Shown here piece by piece: positions 7,577 through 14,907 of a stretch of DNA of 24,532 nucleotides; within the stretch, counting starts at the first letter, position 1, and the number at the start of each line of letters is the position of its first letter. The notes beneath the pieces are model-generated. The model worked only from the letters and a program-made list of their open reading frames with translations. It did no database searches and was not told the origin of the DNA. This stretch comes from Candidatus Omnitrophota bacterium (lineage in GTDB: Bacteria > Omnitrophota > Gorgyraeia > Tantalellales > Tantalellaceae), in contig JAUWWB010000001.1 of NCBI GenBank assembly GCA_030617085.1, positions 1 through 24,532 on the forward strand, given 5' to 3'. Position numbers and translations under genes: made by a program.

Positions 7577-8548
7577 CTTAATCGCCCCCGGCAGTGCCTG
7601 GGCTACGAGCTTCGGGTTGACGTTGCCTGCCAGGGCGAGTTTCATGTTTATGAGGCGCTCTACCGTGCCGTATATCTTCTCTATCGAATATTCACTGAAA
7701 AACCGGTACATGTCGGTACCCACGATCCCTTTATCCAGGGCCATTTCCGCCAGGCCTTCTTTCCCCAGGGCCACATCGCGGAAAAACATGATCAGCATTT
7801 CAAGGTCTTCAATAAGCCGGTCCCTGCTTTCGGTGTCCCAGTTCATGCAGGACGAGTTCTTCTCCCTCCCGATATCCCCGGCCAGGGCCATGAGCTCGTC
7901 TTTCCGCTCCTCGACGCCCGCTTCGATCATCTCCAGGGCCCTGCCCGGCGAACCCTGGGAAAAGCGCGCGAGAAAATACGCGCTCTCCTCCCCGGCACCG
8001 GATCTCTCCATGATGATATCCCTGACGCAGCACGCGGGGAGGGCGTGGAACCTCACTTCCGCGCACCGGGAGATCACGGTCGGCAGCAGCAACTCCTTTT
8101 TGTTCGTAATAAGTATCAGCAAAGAGCAACCCGGAGGTTCCTCCAGCACCTTCAAAAGAGCGTTGGACGCCTGGGGCGTCATCATGTGGGCGTCCTCTAT
8201 CACGCACGCGCTGACAGGCGCTTCGTAAGGTTTCAGGCCCAATACGTCTTTTACCTTCCTTATTTCCTCGATCCTTACGGCCCTGTTCTTTTCCGGCTTG
8301 ATCCAGGTAAGGTCCGGATGTTCAAGCGCGCTTACCCTCCGGCAGGCAGGGCACCGCCCGCATGCCGCGCCGCTGGAGCTCCTCCCGGGGCAGACAAGCT
8401 CCATGACAAACGCTTTCGCGCAAAGGGCGCGCCCCACCCCTACGGGGCCCGAAAAAAGATAACTGCCGGCTATCCTCCCGGAAGACAGGCTGTTGGAAAG
8501 ATACCGGACGGCGTTACTCTGACCCTTTATATCGCTCAATAAGACCAT
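7574..8548 (-). CDS. holB: DNA polymerase III delta' subunit
   Basis: YLFSGPVGVGR (degenerate Walker A), CGRCPAC Zn motif, HPDL, IEDAHMMTPQASNALLKVLEEPP and LLPTVISRC. Start at ATG 8548 with AGGAG upstream. Confidence 0.93.
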   Translation of the reverse strand: MVLLSDIKGQSNAVRYLSNSLSSGRIAGSYLFSGPVGVGRALCAKAFVMELVCPGRSSSGAACGRCPACRRVSALEHPDLTWIKPEKNRAVRIEEIRKVKDVLGLKPYEAPVSACVIEDAHMMTPQASNALLKVLEEPPGCSLLILITNKKELLLPTVISRCAEVRFHALPACCVRDIIMERSGAGEESAYFLARFSQGSPGRALEMIEAGVEERKDELMALAGDIGREKNSSCMNWDTESRDRLIEDLEMLIMFFRDVALGKEGLAEMALDKGIVGTDMYRFFSEYSIEKIYGTVERLINMKLALAGNVNPKLVAQALPGAIK

Positions 8549-9167
8549 ATACCTGCTCCTTGACGAGACCGTAAGTCCCGTCCGGGTCATCGCCGACCTT
8601 TACGACCTTGATCCTGTCGGGGGACCTTTCCGCGAGAGCGAGATAACCCCGGCGGACTTTTTCATGAAAGTCCCTGCTCCTTTTCTCCATCCTGTCAGCC
8701 GGATGCTCGGCCGCGGCCCGCGCGAGTCCCGTTTCCACATCCACGTCCAGCAGGATCGTGAGGTTCGGACAAAGTCCGCCGGTGGCCACCCGGTCCACCT
8801 TCTCTATAAGTCCCAGGTCCATTCCGAGCCCGTACCCCTGGTAAGCGAATGTGGCGGTATTGAAACGGTCGCATATGACGACTTTCCCCGTCTCGAGGGC
8901 CGGGATGATGACCTCTTCGACGTGCTGCGCCCTGTCGGCCTCAAAAAGAAAAAGTTCCGCCTGTTCATCGAGCCGGATGTCATCTTTTTGCAGGAGCATG
9001 TCCCTTATCCTGCGGCCGAGCGCCGTGCCGCCGGGCTCCGCCGTATGCAGGACATCATACCCGTCGGATAAGAGGTCATCGACCAGCCGGCGCGACTGCG
9101 TGCTCTTTCCGCTTCCTTCGGGCCCTTCAAGCGTTATGAAGAGGGCCCTCCTCAGGTTTTTCGGCAT
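8514..9167 (-). CDS. tmk: Thymidylate kinase
   Basis: FITLEGPEGSGKSTQ (P-loop), EPGGT, ELFLFEADRAQH, CDRF and AYQGYG. Confidence 0.96.
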   Translation of the reverse strand: MPKNLRRALFITLEGPEGSGKSTQSRRLVDDLLSDGYDVLHTAEPGGTALGRRIRDMLLQKDDIRLDEQAELFLFEADRAQHVEEVIIPALETGKVVICDRFNTATFAYQGYGLGMDLGLIEKVDRVATGGLCPNLTILLDVDVETGLARAAAEHPADRMEKRSRDFHEKVRRGYLALAERSPDRIKVVKVGDDPDGTYGLVKEQVYGLIERYKGSE

Positions 9168-10621
9168 ACCGGCCCCTCCGGCGTATCCTCAATAACCACG
9201 CCCTTTTCCATGAGCTCCCGGCGTATCCTGTCCGCGGCGGCGTAATCCTTTTTCTTCCTGGCGTCTTCCCTCAACGCGACCAGCCGCTCTATTTCCCCCG
9301 CGAGCCCCTCCTCGAGCTTGCCGGGGATGAGCGACAGGCCGAGGATATCCGCGAAGCCCGATATGCAATTTTTAACGGCAGTGGCCTGCCGCGCTTTTTC
9401 ATCCGGGGATAACCCCGGCCCGGACAAAAGATCGTTCCCGGCCCGGACGGCCTCGAACATGACAGACATCGCCGCGGGAGTGTTGAAATCGTCGTCCATC
9501 GCTTCGTCAAATCTTCCACGCAGGCTCGCCACGCCCCCGGGTTCTTTCCCGGCGCCGCCGGCGGGCGGGGCCGCGGCCCCGGCGAAGCCGTGGGCCATCC
9601 TGTCCACCTTATCGAAAAAGATCATGATCCTTTCCCTGGACCTGGCGGCATCCTGGATCCTCTCATCACTGTAGTTCATCGGACTGCGGTAGTGGCTGTT
9701 CAAAAAGGCTATCTTCAGCAGGTCCGGCTCCTTATACCTTTCCAGAAAGTCCGCGACCGTGATGTAATTGCCCAGGGATTTGGACATCTTTTCGCCGTTT
9801 ACGGTCAGCAGGCCGTTATGTACCCAGTAATTGGCGAAGGTCCTGCCCGTAGCCGCTTCCGCCTGGGCGATCTCGTTCTCGTGGTGGGGGAAGATAAGGT
9901 CCAGCCCGCCGCCGTGGATGTCAACCTGCGCGCCGAAAATGCGGGTGCTCATGACGGAACATTCTATATGCCACCCGGGCCGCCCATTTCCCCATGGACT
10001 TTCCCAGTAAGGCTCATGGGGTTTGGAGGCCTTCCATAAAGCAAAATCCAGCGGGTCACGCTTTTTCCTGTCGAGCTCGACGCGGGCGCCGGTGGCCATT
10101 TGCTCCCTATCCTGCCCGGACAGCTTTCCGTATTCCGCGAACTTTTCAACGCTGAAATAGACATCTCCGCCGGCAGCGTAAGCGTACCCCTTATTTACCA
10201 GCGTCTCTATGAACTCTATCATCTGCGGGATATTCTCAGTGGCTTTCGGCTCGGCGACCGGAGGGCGTATGCCCAGCATGTCCATTTTCGCGTGATAATC
10301 ATCAAGATAACGTTCCGCCACCTCGCCCACTTTTTGTTTCAGGCGGCCGGCGGATATCTCTTCACCGGCATCGGCGAGCTCGTCGGCGGCTTTCTTGATG
10401 ATCTTGTCGTCGACATCCGTCACGTTCCTCGCGAAGCAGACGTCGAACCCGGCGTGCTCGAAGTGCCTCCTGATAACGTCGAAGATATAAGCGCTGCGCG
10501 CGTGCCCGATATGCGGCACGTCATAAACAGTAGGCCCGCAGACATACATCGTCACCTTCCCCTCTTCCAGGGGCCTGAACTCTTCTTTCCGCCTCGTCAA
10601 CGTATTATACAACGTGATCAT
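9152..10621 (-). CDS. cysS: Cysteine--tRNA ligase
   Basis: MYVCGPTVYD, HIGH, NVTDVDDKII, DFALWK, GRPGWHIECS, DIHGGGLDLIFPHHENE and KMSKS. Confidence 0.98.
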   Translation of the reverse strand: MITLYNTLTRRKEEFRPLEEGKVTMYVCGPTVYDVPHIGHARSAYIFDVIRRHFEHAGFDVCFARNVTDVDDKIIKKAADELADAGEEISAGRLKQKVGEVAERYLDDYHAKMDMLGIRPPVAEPKATENIPQMIEFIETLVNKGYAYAAGGDVYFSVEKFAEYGKLSGQDREQMATGARVELDRKKRDPLDFALWKASKPHEPYWESPWGNGRPGWHIECSVMSTRIFGAQVDIHGGGLDLIFPHHENEIAQAEAATGRTFANYWVHNGLLTVNGEKMSKSLGNYITVADFLERYKEPDLLKIAFLNSHYRSPMNYSDERIQDAARSRERIMIFFDKVDRMAHGFAGAAAPPAGGAGKEPGGVASLRGRFDEAMDDDFNTPAAMSVMFEAVRAGNDLLSGPGLSPDEKARQATAVKNCISGFADILGLSLIPGKLEEGLAGEIERLVALREDARKKKDYAAADRIRRELMEKGVVIEDTPEGPVCRKT

Positions 10622-10635
10622 AAAACTCTACCCGC

Positions 10636-11118
10636 TCACTGTTCACTGTTTCCTTTCAGCAACGCCACCGCGTAAGCCGCCACGGCCTTGCCTTCTCCGA
10701 TGACGCCGAGCTTCTCGGCGGTTTTTCCTTTTATGTTCACGGCGTTCGCGGAGACTTTGAGCGTATTGCTGATCACGCGGGTCATCTCTTCGCGGTACGG
10801 GCCTATCTTCGGCTCCTCCGCGACGACAACGCAGTCCAGGTTACTAACGCCGAACCCTTCGCCATCCATCAGCTCCCCCACGTCCCGCAAAAGTTCCACA
10901 CTGCGGATATCCTTATATTTGGGGTCGATGTCGGGAAACCTCATTCCTATATCCCCCTTGCCGAGAGCCCCCAGTATCGCGTCACAAACCGCATGAAGAA
11001 GCACATCCCCGTCAGAGTGCCCCACCGGTCCCCTCGGAAAAGGAATGCTGACACCCCCCAGGACCATCGGCCGCCCTTCAGCCAGCCTGTGTATATCGTA
11101 GCCCATGCCTATCTTCAT
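10636..11118 (-). CDS. ispF: 2-C-methyl-D-erythritol 2,4-cyclodiphosphate synthase
   Basis: MKIGMGYDIH, GHSDGDVLLHAVCDAILGALG, DIGxxFPD and NIKGKTAEKLG. Start set at ATG 11118 (160 aa). Confidence 0.95.
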   Translation of the reverse strand: MKIGMGYDIHRLAEGRPMVLGGVSIPFPRGPVGHSDGDVLLHAVCDAILGALGKGDIGMRFPDIDPKYKDIRSVELLRDVGELMDGEGFGVSNLDCVVVAEEPKIGPYREEMTRVISNTLKVSANAVNIKGKTAEKLGVIGEGKAVAAYAVALLKGNSEQ

Positions 11119-11159
11119 AGTAAAGTTACTGTTCAAACAGCTCCGGGTTCGCAGGCAAA

Positions 11160-11185
11160 GGGCAGGCACAGGGGCCTGCCCCTAC
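11160..11185 (-). repeat. GTAG-tagged REP palindrome (copy 3)
   Basis: Identical to 2373-2398 and in the same orientation. Confidence 0.85.
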
Positions 11186-11191
11186 ATTTTT

Positions 11192-11221
11192 CTCCGAACT
11201 ACGAACTCCGAACTACGAACT
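11192..11221. repeat. Alternating CTCCGAA/CTACGAA heptads supplying the yacL stop codon
   Basis: Four units plus CT. The CTA at 11213-11215 is the stop, and the last two Ser codons lie in or overlap the repeat. Confidence 0.88.
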
Positions 11222-12289
11222 GCCCCTCCCCGACTCCCGCCTCCTCTGTGGAGGCCTCTGCCTCTTCTGCTCGGGCTTTTCCGCGAGGCTGGCGAATATC
11301 ATCTTGCCGGCCGAAGTCTGGAGGACGCTCGTAACGGAAACGTTCACGTTCTTGCCGATAAGCTTCCTCGCGTCATCCACGACGATCATGGTCCCGTCGT
11401 CCAGGAAGGCGACACCCTGGTTCTTTTCCTTGCCTTCCTTCCTTATATGGACGTTTATCTGCTCCCCCGGAGAAAACACCGGGCGCAAGGCGTTGGCCAG
11501 ATCGTTGATGTTGAGGACCTTGACCCCTTCAAGCCTGGCGACCTTGTTAAGGTTGAAATCGTTGGTCAACACGTGGCAATCCAGAATCTTCGCCAGGCGG
11601 ATGATCTTGGCGTCCACACCTTTGATGCCGGGCAGCCTTTCATCGTGTATTATCACTTCCACCCCCTGGATCTCCTTGAGCCTGTCCAGCATGTCCAGGC
11701 CCCTGCGGCCCCTGCTGCGCTTCGCGTCGTCGGAGCTGTCCGCAACCTGGTGCAGCTCCTGCAGCACAAAGCGGGGGACCACGATCTTCCCTTCCAGAAA
11801 ACCCGCCTCGCATATACCGGCTATCCTGCCGTCTATGATCACGCTGGTGTCCATCAGGAACAGCTGGTCTCTACGATCCTCGCGCGCGAACCGGACATAC
11901 GGTATCACGAGATTGAACTCGTCCTTGCCCTTAATGGCTATCACCATGCCGAGATAGCAGAAAACAAGCGTGAATACTATCTGGAAAACGGAATAAAACA
12001 CCTCTTCCATGGGGATGAGCCTCACTATCAAGGTAACGACCCATGCCATGAAAAAGCCGAAGATCAGCCCGAAAACGGCCGCGGAGAGATTTCTCAGAGA
12101 TACGCGCCTCAAATGCGTTTCCGCGAGTATCAAGGCCGATCCCACAAAAAGCCCGACCCCGGCCCCCATCATCTCTCCCCGCCAGGGAAGACCTGCCAGA
12201 AGAGGTCCCAGATAATACTGGGATCCCAGGAAATACCCACAAACTACGCTCAGGGTCAGAAAAAAGACCCTTATCAGCCATACAGACAT
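11213..12289 (-). CDS. yacL: Membrane-anchored PIN/TRAM domain protein (YacL family)
   Basis: Four N-terminal TM helices. PIN motifs MDTSVIIDGRI, RSRGRRGLD and LTNDFNLNKVA. TRAM region GKEKNQGVAFLDDGTMIVV..VLQTSAGKMIFA. Start at ATG 12289 with GGGAG SD. Confidence 0.9.
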   Translation of the reverse strand: MSVWLIRVFFLTLSVVCGYFLGSQYYLGPLLAGLPWRGEMMGAGVGLFVGSALILAETHLRRVSLRNLSAAVFGLIFGFFMAWVVTLIVRLIPMEEVFYSVFQIVFTLVFCYLGMVIAIKGKDEFNLVIPYVRFAREDRRDQLFLMDTSVIIDGRIAGICEAGFLEGKIVVPRFVLQELHQVADSSDDAKRSRGRRGLDMLDRLKEIQGVEVIIHDERLPGIKGVDAKIIRLAKILDCHVLTNDFNLNKVARLEGVKVLNINDLANALRPVFSPGEQINVHIRKEGKEKNQGVAFLDDGTMIVVDDARKLIGKNVNVSVTSVLQTSAGKMIFASLAEKPEQKRQRPPQRRRESGRGSS

Positions 12290-12325
12290 ACCGATCACTC
12301 CCTTTCCGTTAAGTTACCCTATTAG

Positions 12326-12492
12326 GTAATTCGATGGTAATTCGTAGTAATTCGTAGTAATTTATAGTAATTCTTTGTGCTTAATTACTCCGGGAAACAA
12401 TAAATTGCTCCTATATTAAATCTCCCGAACATATCACTTCAAGAAATTACAATAAATTACTATGAATTACAATGAATTACTATAAATTACTA
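12326..12492. repeat. AT-rich 10-nt periodic repeat element with inverted arms (copy 2)
   Basis: Left arm on + has TAA at 12327, 12338, 12348, 12358, 12368 (TGGTAATTCG TAGTAATTCG TAGTAATTTA TAGTAATTCT). Right arm has AATTAC ending at 12450, 12460, 12470, 12480, 12490. Confidence 0.92.
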
Positions 12493-12504
12493 CCGGAGCC
12501 ACTA

Positions 12505-13242
12505 TCAGCGTGGCTCTATAACCGTGCCTCGTTTTTTCTCTTCCCCGGGCTTTTTCCTGCCGCCCGAAGGTTTGTGCAAAAGCTTCCACGGATGCGCCTT
12601 GATATCGCTTACAAAATCCTCCAGATCATAATAGATCTTATCTTCCACAAGGAGCTTTCCTATGGTCCCTTCTCCCCTGGTCAACCTCCCAAAAATGGTC
12701 TTCAGGTCGTCGTATAACGTGTCGTCTACAAGAAGTTTTCCGAGGGTCCCCTCGCCTTTTTGGACACGCTGCATAATCTCTGTCGTGGAGTCGACAAACT
12801 GACCCATCCTGTCCATCTGCAGGCCGACGTCCACGGGATTCTTACCGAGGAGAGCATCCCCGGGCGCAAGAAAATCCTTTTCCGTGCCGGGAGATATCTC
12901 AAGATACTGTTCCCCCAAAAGCCCCAGGGTGTTGATCCTGGCGACGGCATCCCTTTCGATCAGGAGATCGCCTTCGATCCACGCGTCCAGCCAGACGCGG
13001 TTCCTGCCGGCATCCTCGTCGTAATAGATCCCCATATCCCTGATCTCACCGACATAGACGCCTGCCAGGCGGACCGGCGCATTTTCAGTTATCCCGTTTA
13101 CATAATCGAATATCACCCTGATGCTGTATCCCTTTTTCAGCAAATAAAAATCGCCTATCGAGAAGACGATCAAAAACATCATGAATATGCCTATCCCCAC
13201 GAACAGACCCACTTTTAATTCCAGCTTCTCGTCCCTGAACAT
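12505..13242 (-). CDS. mlaD: MCE/MlaD family protein with helical C-terminal extension
   Basis: N-terminal TM (VGLFVGIGIF). MCE motifs GITENAPVRLAGVYVGEI and ARINTLGLLGEQYLEISPG. Two GEGT(L/I)GKLLV repeats. Follows mlaE-mlaF. Confidence 0.88.
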   Translation of the reverse strand: MFRDEKLELKVGLFVGIGIFMMFLIVFSIGDFYLLKKGYSIRVIFDYVNGITENAPVRLAGVYVGEIRDMGIYYDEDAGRNRVWLDAWIEGDLLIERDAVARINTLGLLGEQYLEISPGTEKDFLAPGDALLGKNPVDVGLQMDRMGQFVDSTTEIMQRVQKGEGTLGKLLVDDTLYDDLKTIFGRLTRGEGTIGKLLVEDKIYYDLEDFVSDIKAHPWKLLHKPSGGRKKPGEEKKRGTVIEPR

Positions 13243-13305
13243 AATGCCCCCCCTTAGCAATTAACTCAGAAAAATGCCGACCGTACGGCGTCCCGGTCGC
13301 AATTC

Positions 13306-14067
13306 TTACGCCCCTGACCCCTCCTCATTGGTTATAGGCCCCCGCGCGCTGCCGCTTATGAACTGCCTCGTAATGGCGTTTTTGGAGTGCCTTATCTCCT
13401 CCGGGGTCCCTATGTCTACTATCCGTCTGTCGTGCAGCATGGCTATCCGGTCGGCGATCTTATAGGCGCTTGTCATGTCGTGCGTCACGGTTATGGAAGT
13501 GACGCTGAGCGTATCGTGCAGATGCCGTATGAGCCGGTTGATAACATCCCCCGTTATGGGATCGACGCCCGTGGTCGGTTCGTCGAACAGGATGACCTTG
13601 GGGGACATGCATATCGCCCTGGCCAGGGCCACTCTCTTTTTCATGCCGCCGGAAAGCGCCGCGGGCTTTTCATGCTCTATATCTTTCAGCCCCACCTTCG
13701 CGAGGCATTCGGCCACGCGCTGCCTTATCTCTTCCGCGGACATGTCCGTGTATTCGAAAAGCTGAAAGCCCACGTTCTCCAGCACGCTCAACGAATCAAA
13801 AAGCGCCGCCCCCTGGAAAAGCATGCCGAAGTCCATGCGCACCTTATCGAGATCCTTGATGCTGAGCATGGTGATGTCCGTCCCGTCGATCGCCACGCTG
13901 CCGGAATCCGGCCGCATCACCCCTATGATGTGTTTCAGCAAAACGCTTTTCCCGATCCCCGACCTGCCGATTATGACCATCGACTCGCCAGTATTGATCA
14001 TAAGGTTCAGGTCTTCCAGGACCACGTGGTCACCGAACGATTTGTATATGTTCTTAAGCTCGATCAT
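13306..14067 (-). CDS. mlaF: MlaF/Mkl-type ABC ATPase
   Basis: Walker A GRSGIGKS, GMLFQGAALFDSLSVLENV, LSGGMKKRVALARA, Walker B ILFDEPTTGVDP and VTHD. Confidence 0.93.
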   Translation of the reverse strand: MIELKNIYKSFGDHVVLEDLNLMINTGESMVIIGRSGIGKSVLLKHIIGVMRPDSGSVAIDGTDITMLSIKDLDKVRMDFGMLFQGAALFDSLSVLENVGFQLFEYTDMSAEEIRQRVAECLAKVGLKDIEHEKPAALSGGMKKRVALARAICMSPKVILFDEPTTGVDPITGDVINRLIRHLHDTLSVTSITVTHDMTSAYKIADRIAMLHDRRIVDIGTPEEIRHSKNAITRQFISGSARGPITNEEGSGA

Positions 14068-14094
14068 GGCTCGTCCCCGGGTATAAGGCGCATC

Positions 14095-14904
14095 CTATTC
14101 CACGGTAAAATAAAAAAGCGCCGTAAAAAAGCAGTCGGCGATTATGACCAGCATAAAGCTCTTAACGACGCTGGCGGTAGTCGCCCTGCCGACCCCTTCG
14201 GCCCCGCCCTGCGAGTTCATTCCTTCATAAGAGGCTATCAGGCATATGATCAACGCGAAGAAAAAGCTTTTTATCAGCCCCGTCATTACATCTTTGATAA
14301 CAAGCGGGTCAAACGTCATCTTGATGTACATGCCGTGCGTTATGTGCAGCTTGCCCACACCTATCAGGTATCCGCCGACTATCCCGCAGAAATCCCCGTA
14401 GATCGTCAAAAGCGGCACCATGATAAGCATCGCGAGAAATCTTGGCACCACCAGATACTGGACGGGGTTAACGGACAGGGTCTCCAGGGCCTCTATCTGC
14501 TCCGTGACCTTCATCGTCCCGAGTTCCGCGGTTATCGCCGCTCCGCACCGGCCGGCGATGATCAGAGCCACCAGCACCGGCCCCAGTTCGCGCGTGATAG
14601 AAAGCGCGACAAGCGACGCTATGTACATTTCAGCGGACACTTTCTGCATCTGGTACGCGCTTTGCAGCGCCAGGACTATGCCCGTAAAAAGCGTTATCAG
14701 GAACACGATCGGAAAGCTGGCGACGCCGATCTTGTTCATCTGTTCCAGGATCTGCCATTTCCGGAGAGGCGGACTGAAAAGCCAGAACACGGTCTGCGCG
14801 AAAAGCGTTACGAGCCCGCCGATGTAGGCAAAGAATCCTATCACCCGGCCTCTCACGCCGGAAAATATTTTTTCCGCGAATGTTCTGAACGGCCTCAACT
14901 CCAC
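14095..14904 (-). CDS. mlaE: MlaE-type ABC permease
   Basis: RELGPVLVALIIAGRCGAAITAELGTMKVTEQIEALETLSVNP..LVVPR and GGAEGVGRATT. The start codon (GTG) is uncertain. Confidence 0.93.
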   Translation of the reverse strand: MELRPFRTFAEKIFSGVRGRVIGFFAYIGGLVTLFAQTVFWLFSPPLRKWQILEQMNKIGVASFPIVFLITLFTGIVLALQSAYQMQKVSAEMYIASLVALSITRELGPVLVALIIAGRCGAAITAELGTMKVTEQIEALETLSVNPVQYLVVPRFLAMLIMVPLLTIYGDFCGIVGGYLIGVGKLHITHGMYIKMTFDPLVIKDVMTGLIKSFFFALIICLIASYEGMNSQGGAEGVGRATTASVVKSFMLVIIADCFFTALFYFTVE

Positions 14905-14907
14905 CCC

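Noticed and set aside
10622-11160. T-box leaders for cysS, or for metG
   Set aside because: cysS starts 14 nt after ispF and metG overlaps ricT. There is no room and no T-box motif.
12375-12440. Possible coding remnant in the core of decamer copy 2 (e.g. minus-strand MFGRFNIGAIYCFPE*)
   Set aside because: No frame gives a convincing family resemblance. It would need a tblastx search to revisit.
13278-13299. 6-bp hairpin (CGACCG/CGGTCG) between mlaF and mlaD as a terminator
   Set aside because: Short stem, 10-nt loop and a weak U-tract inside an evidently co-transcribed ABC operon. It may be a decayed REP, but that is unsupported.
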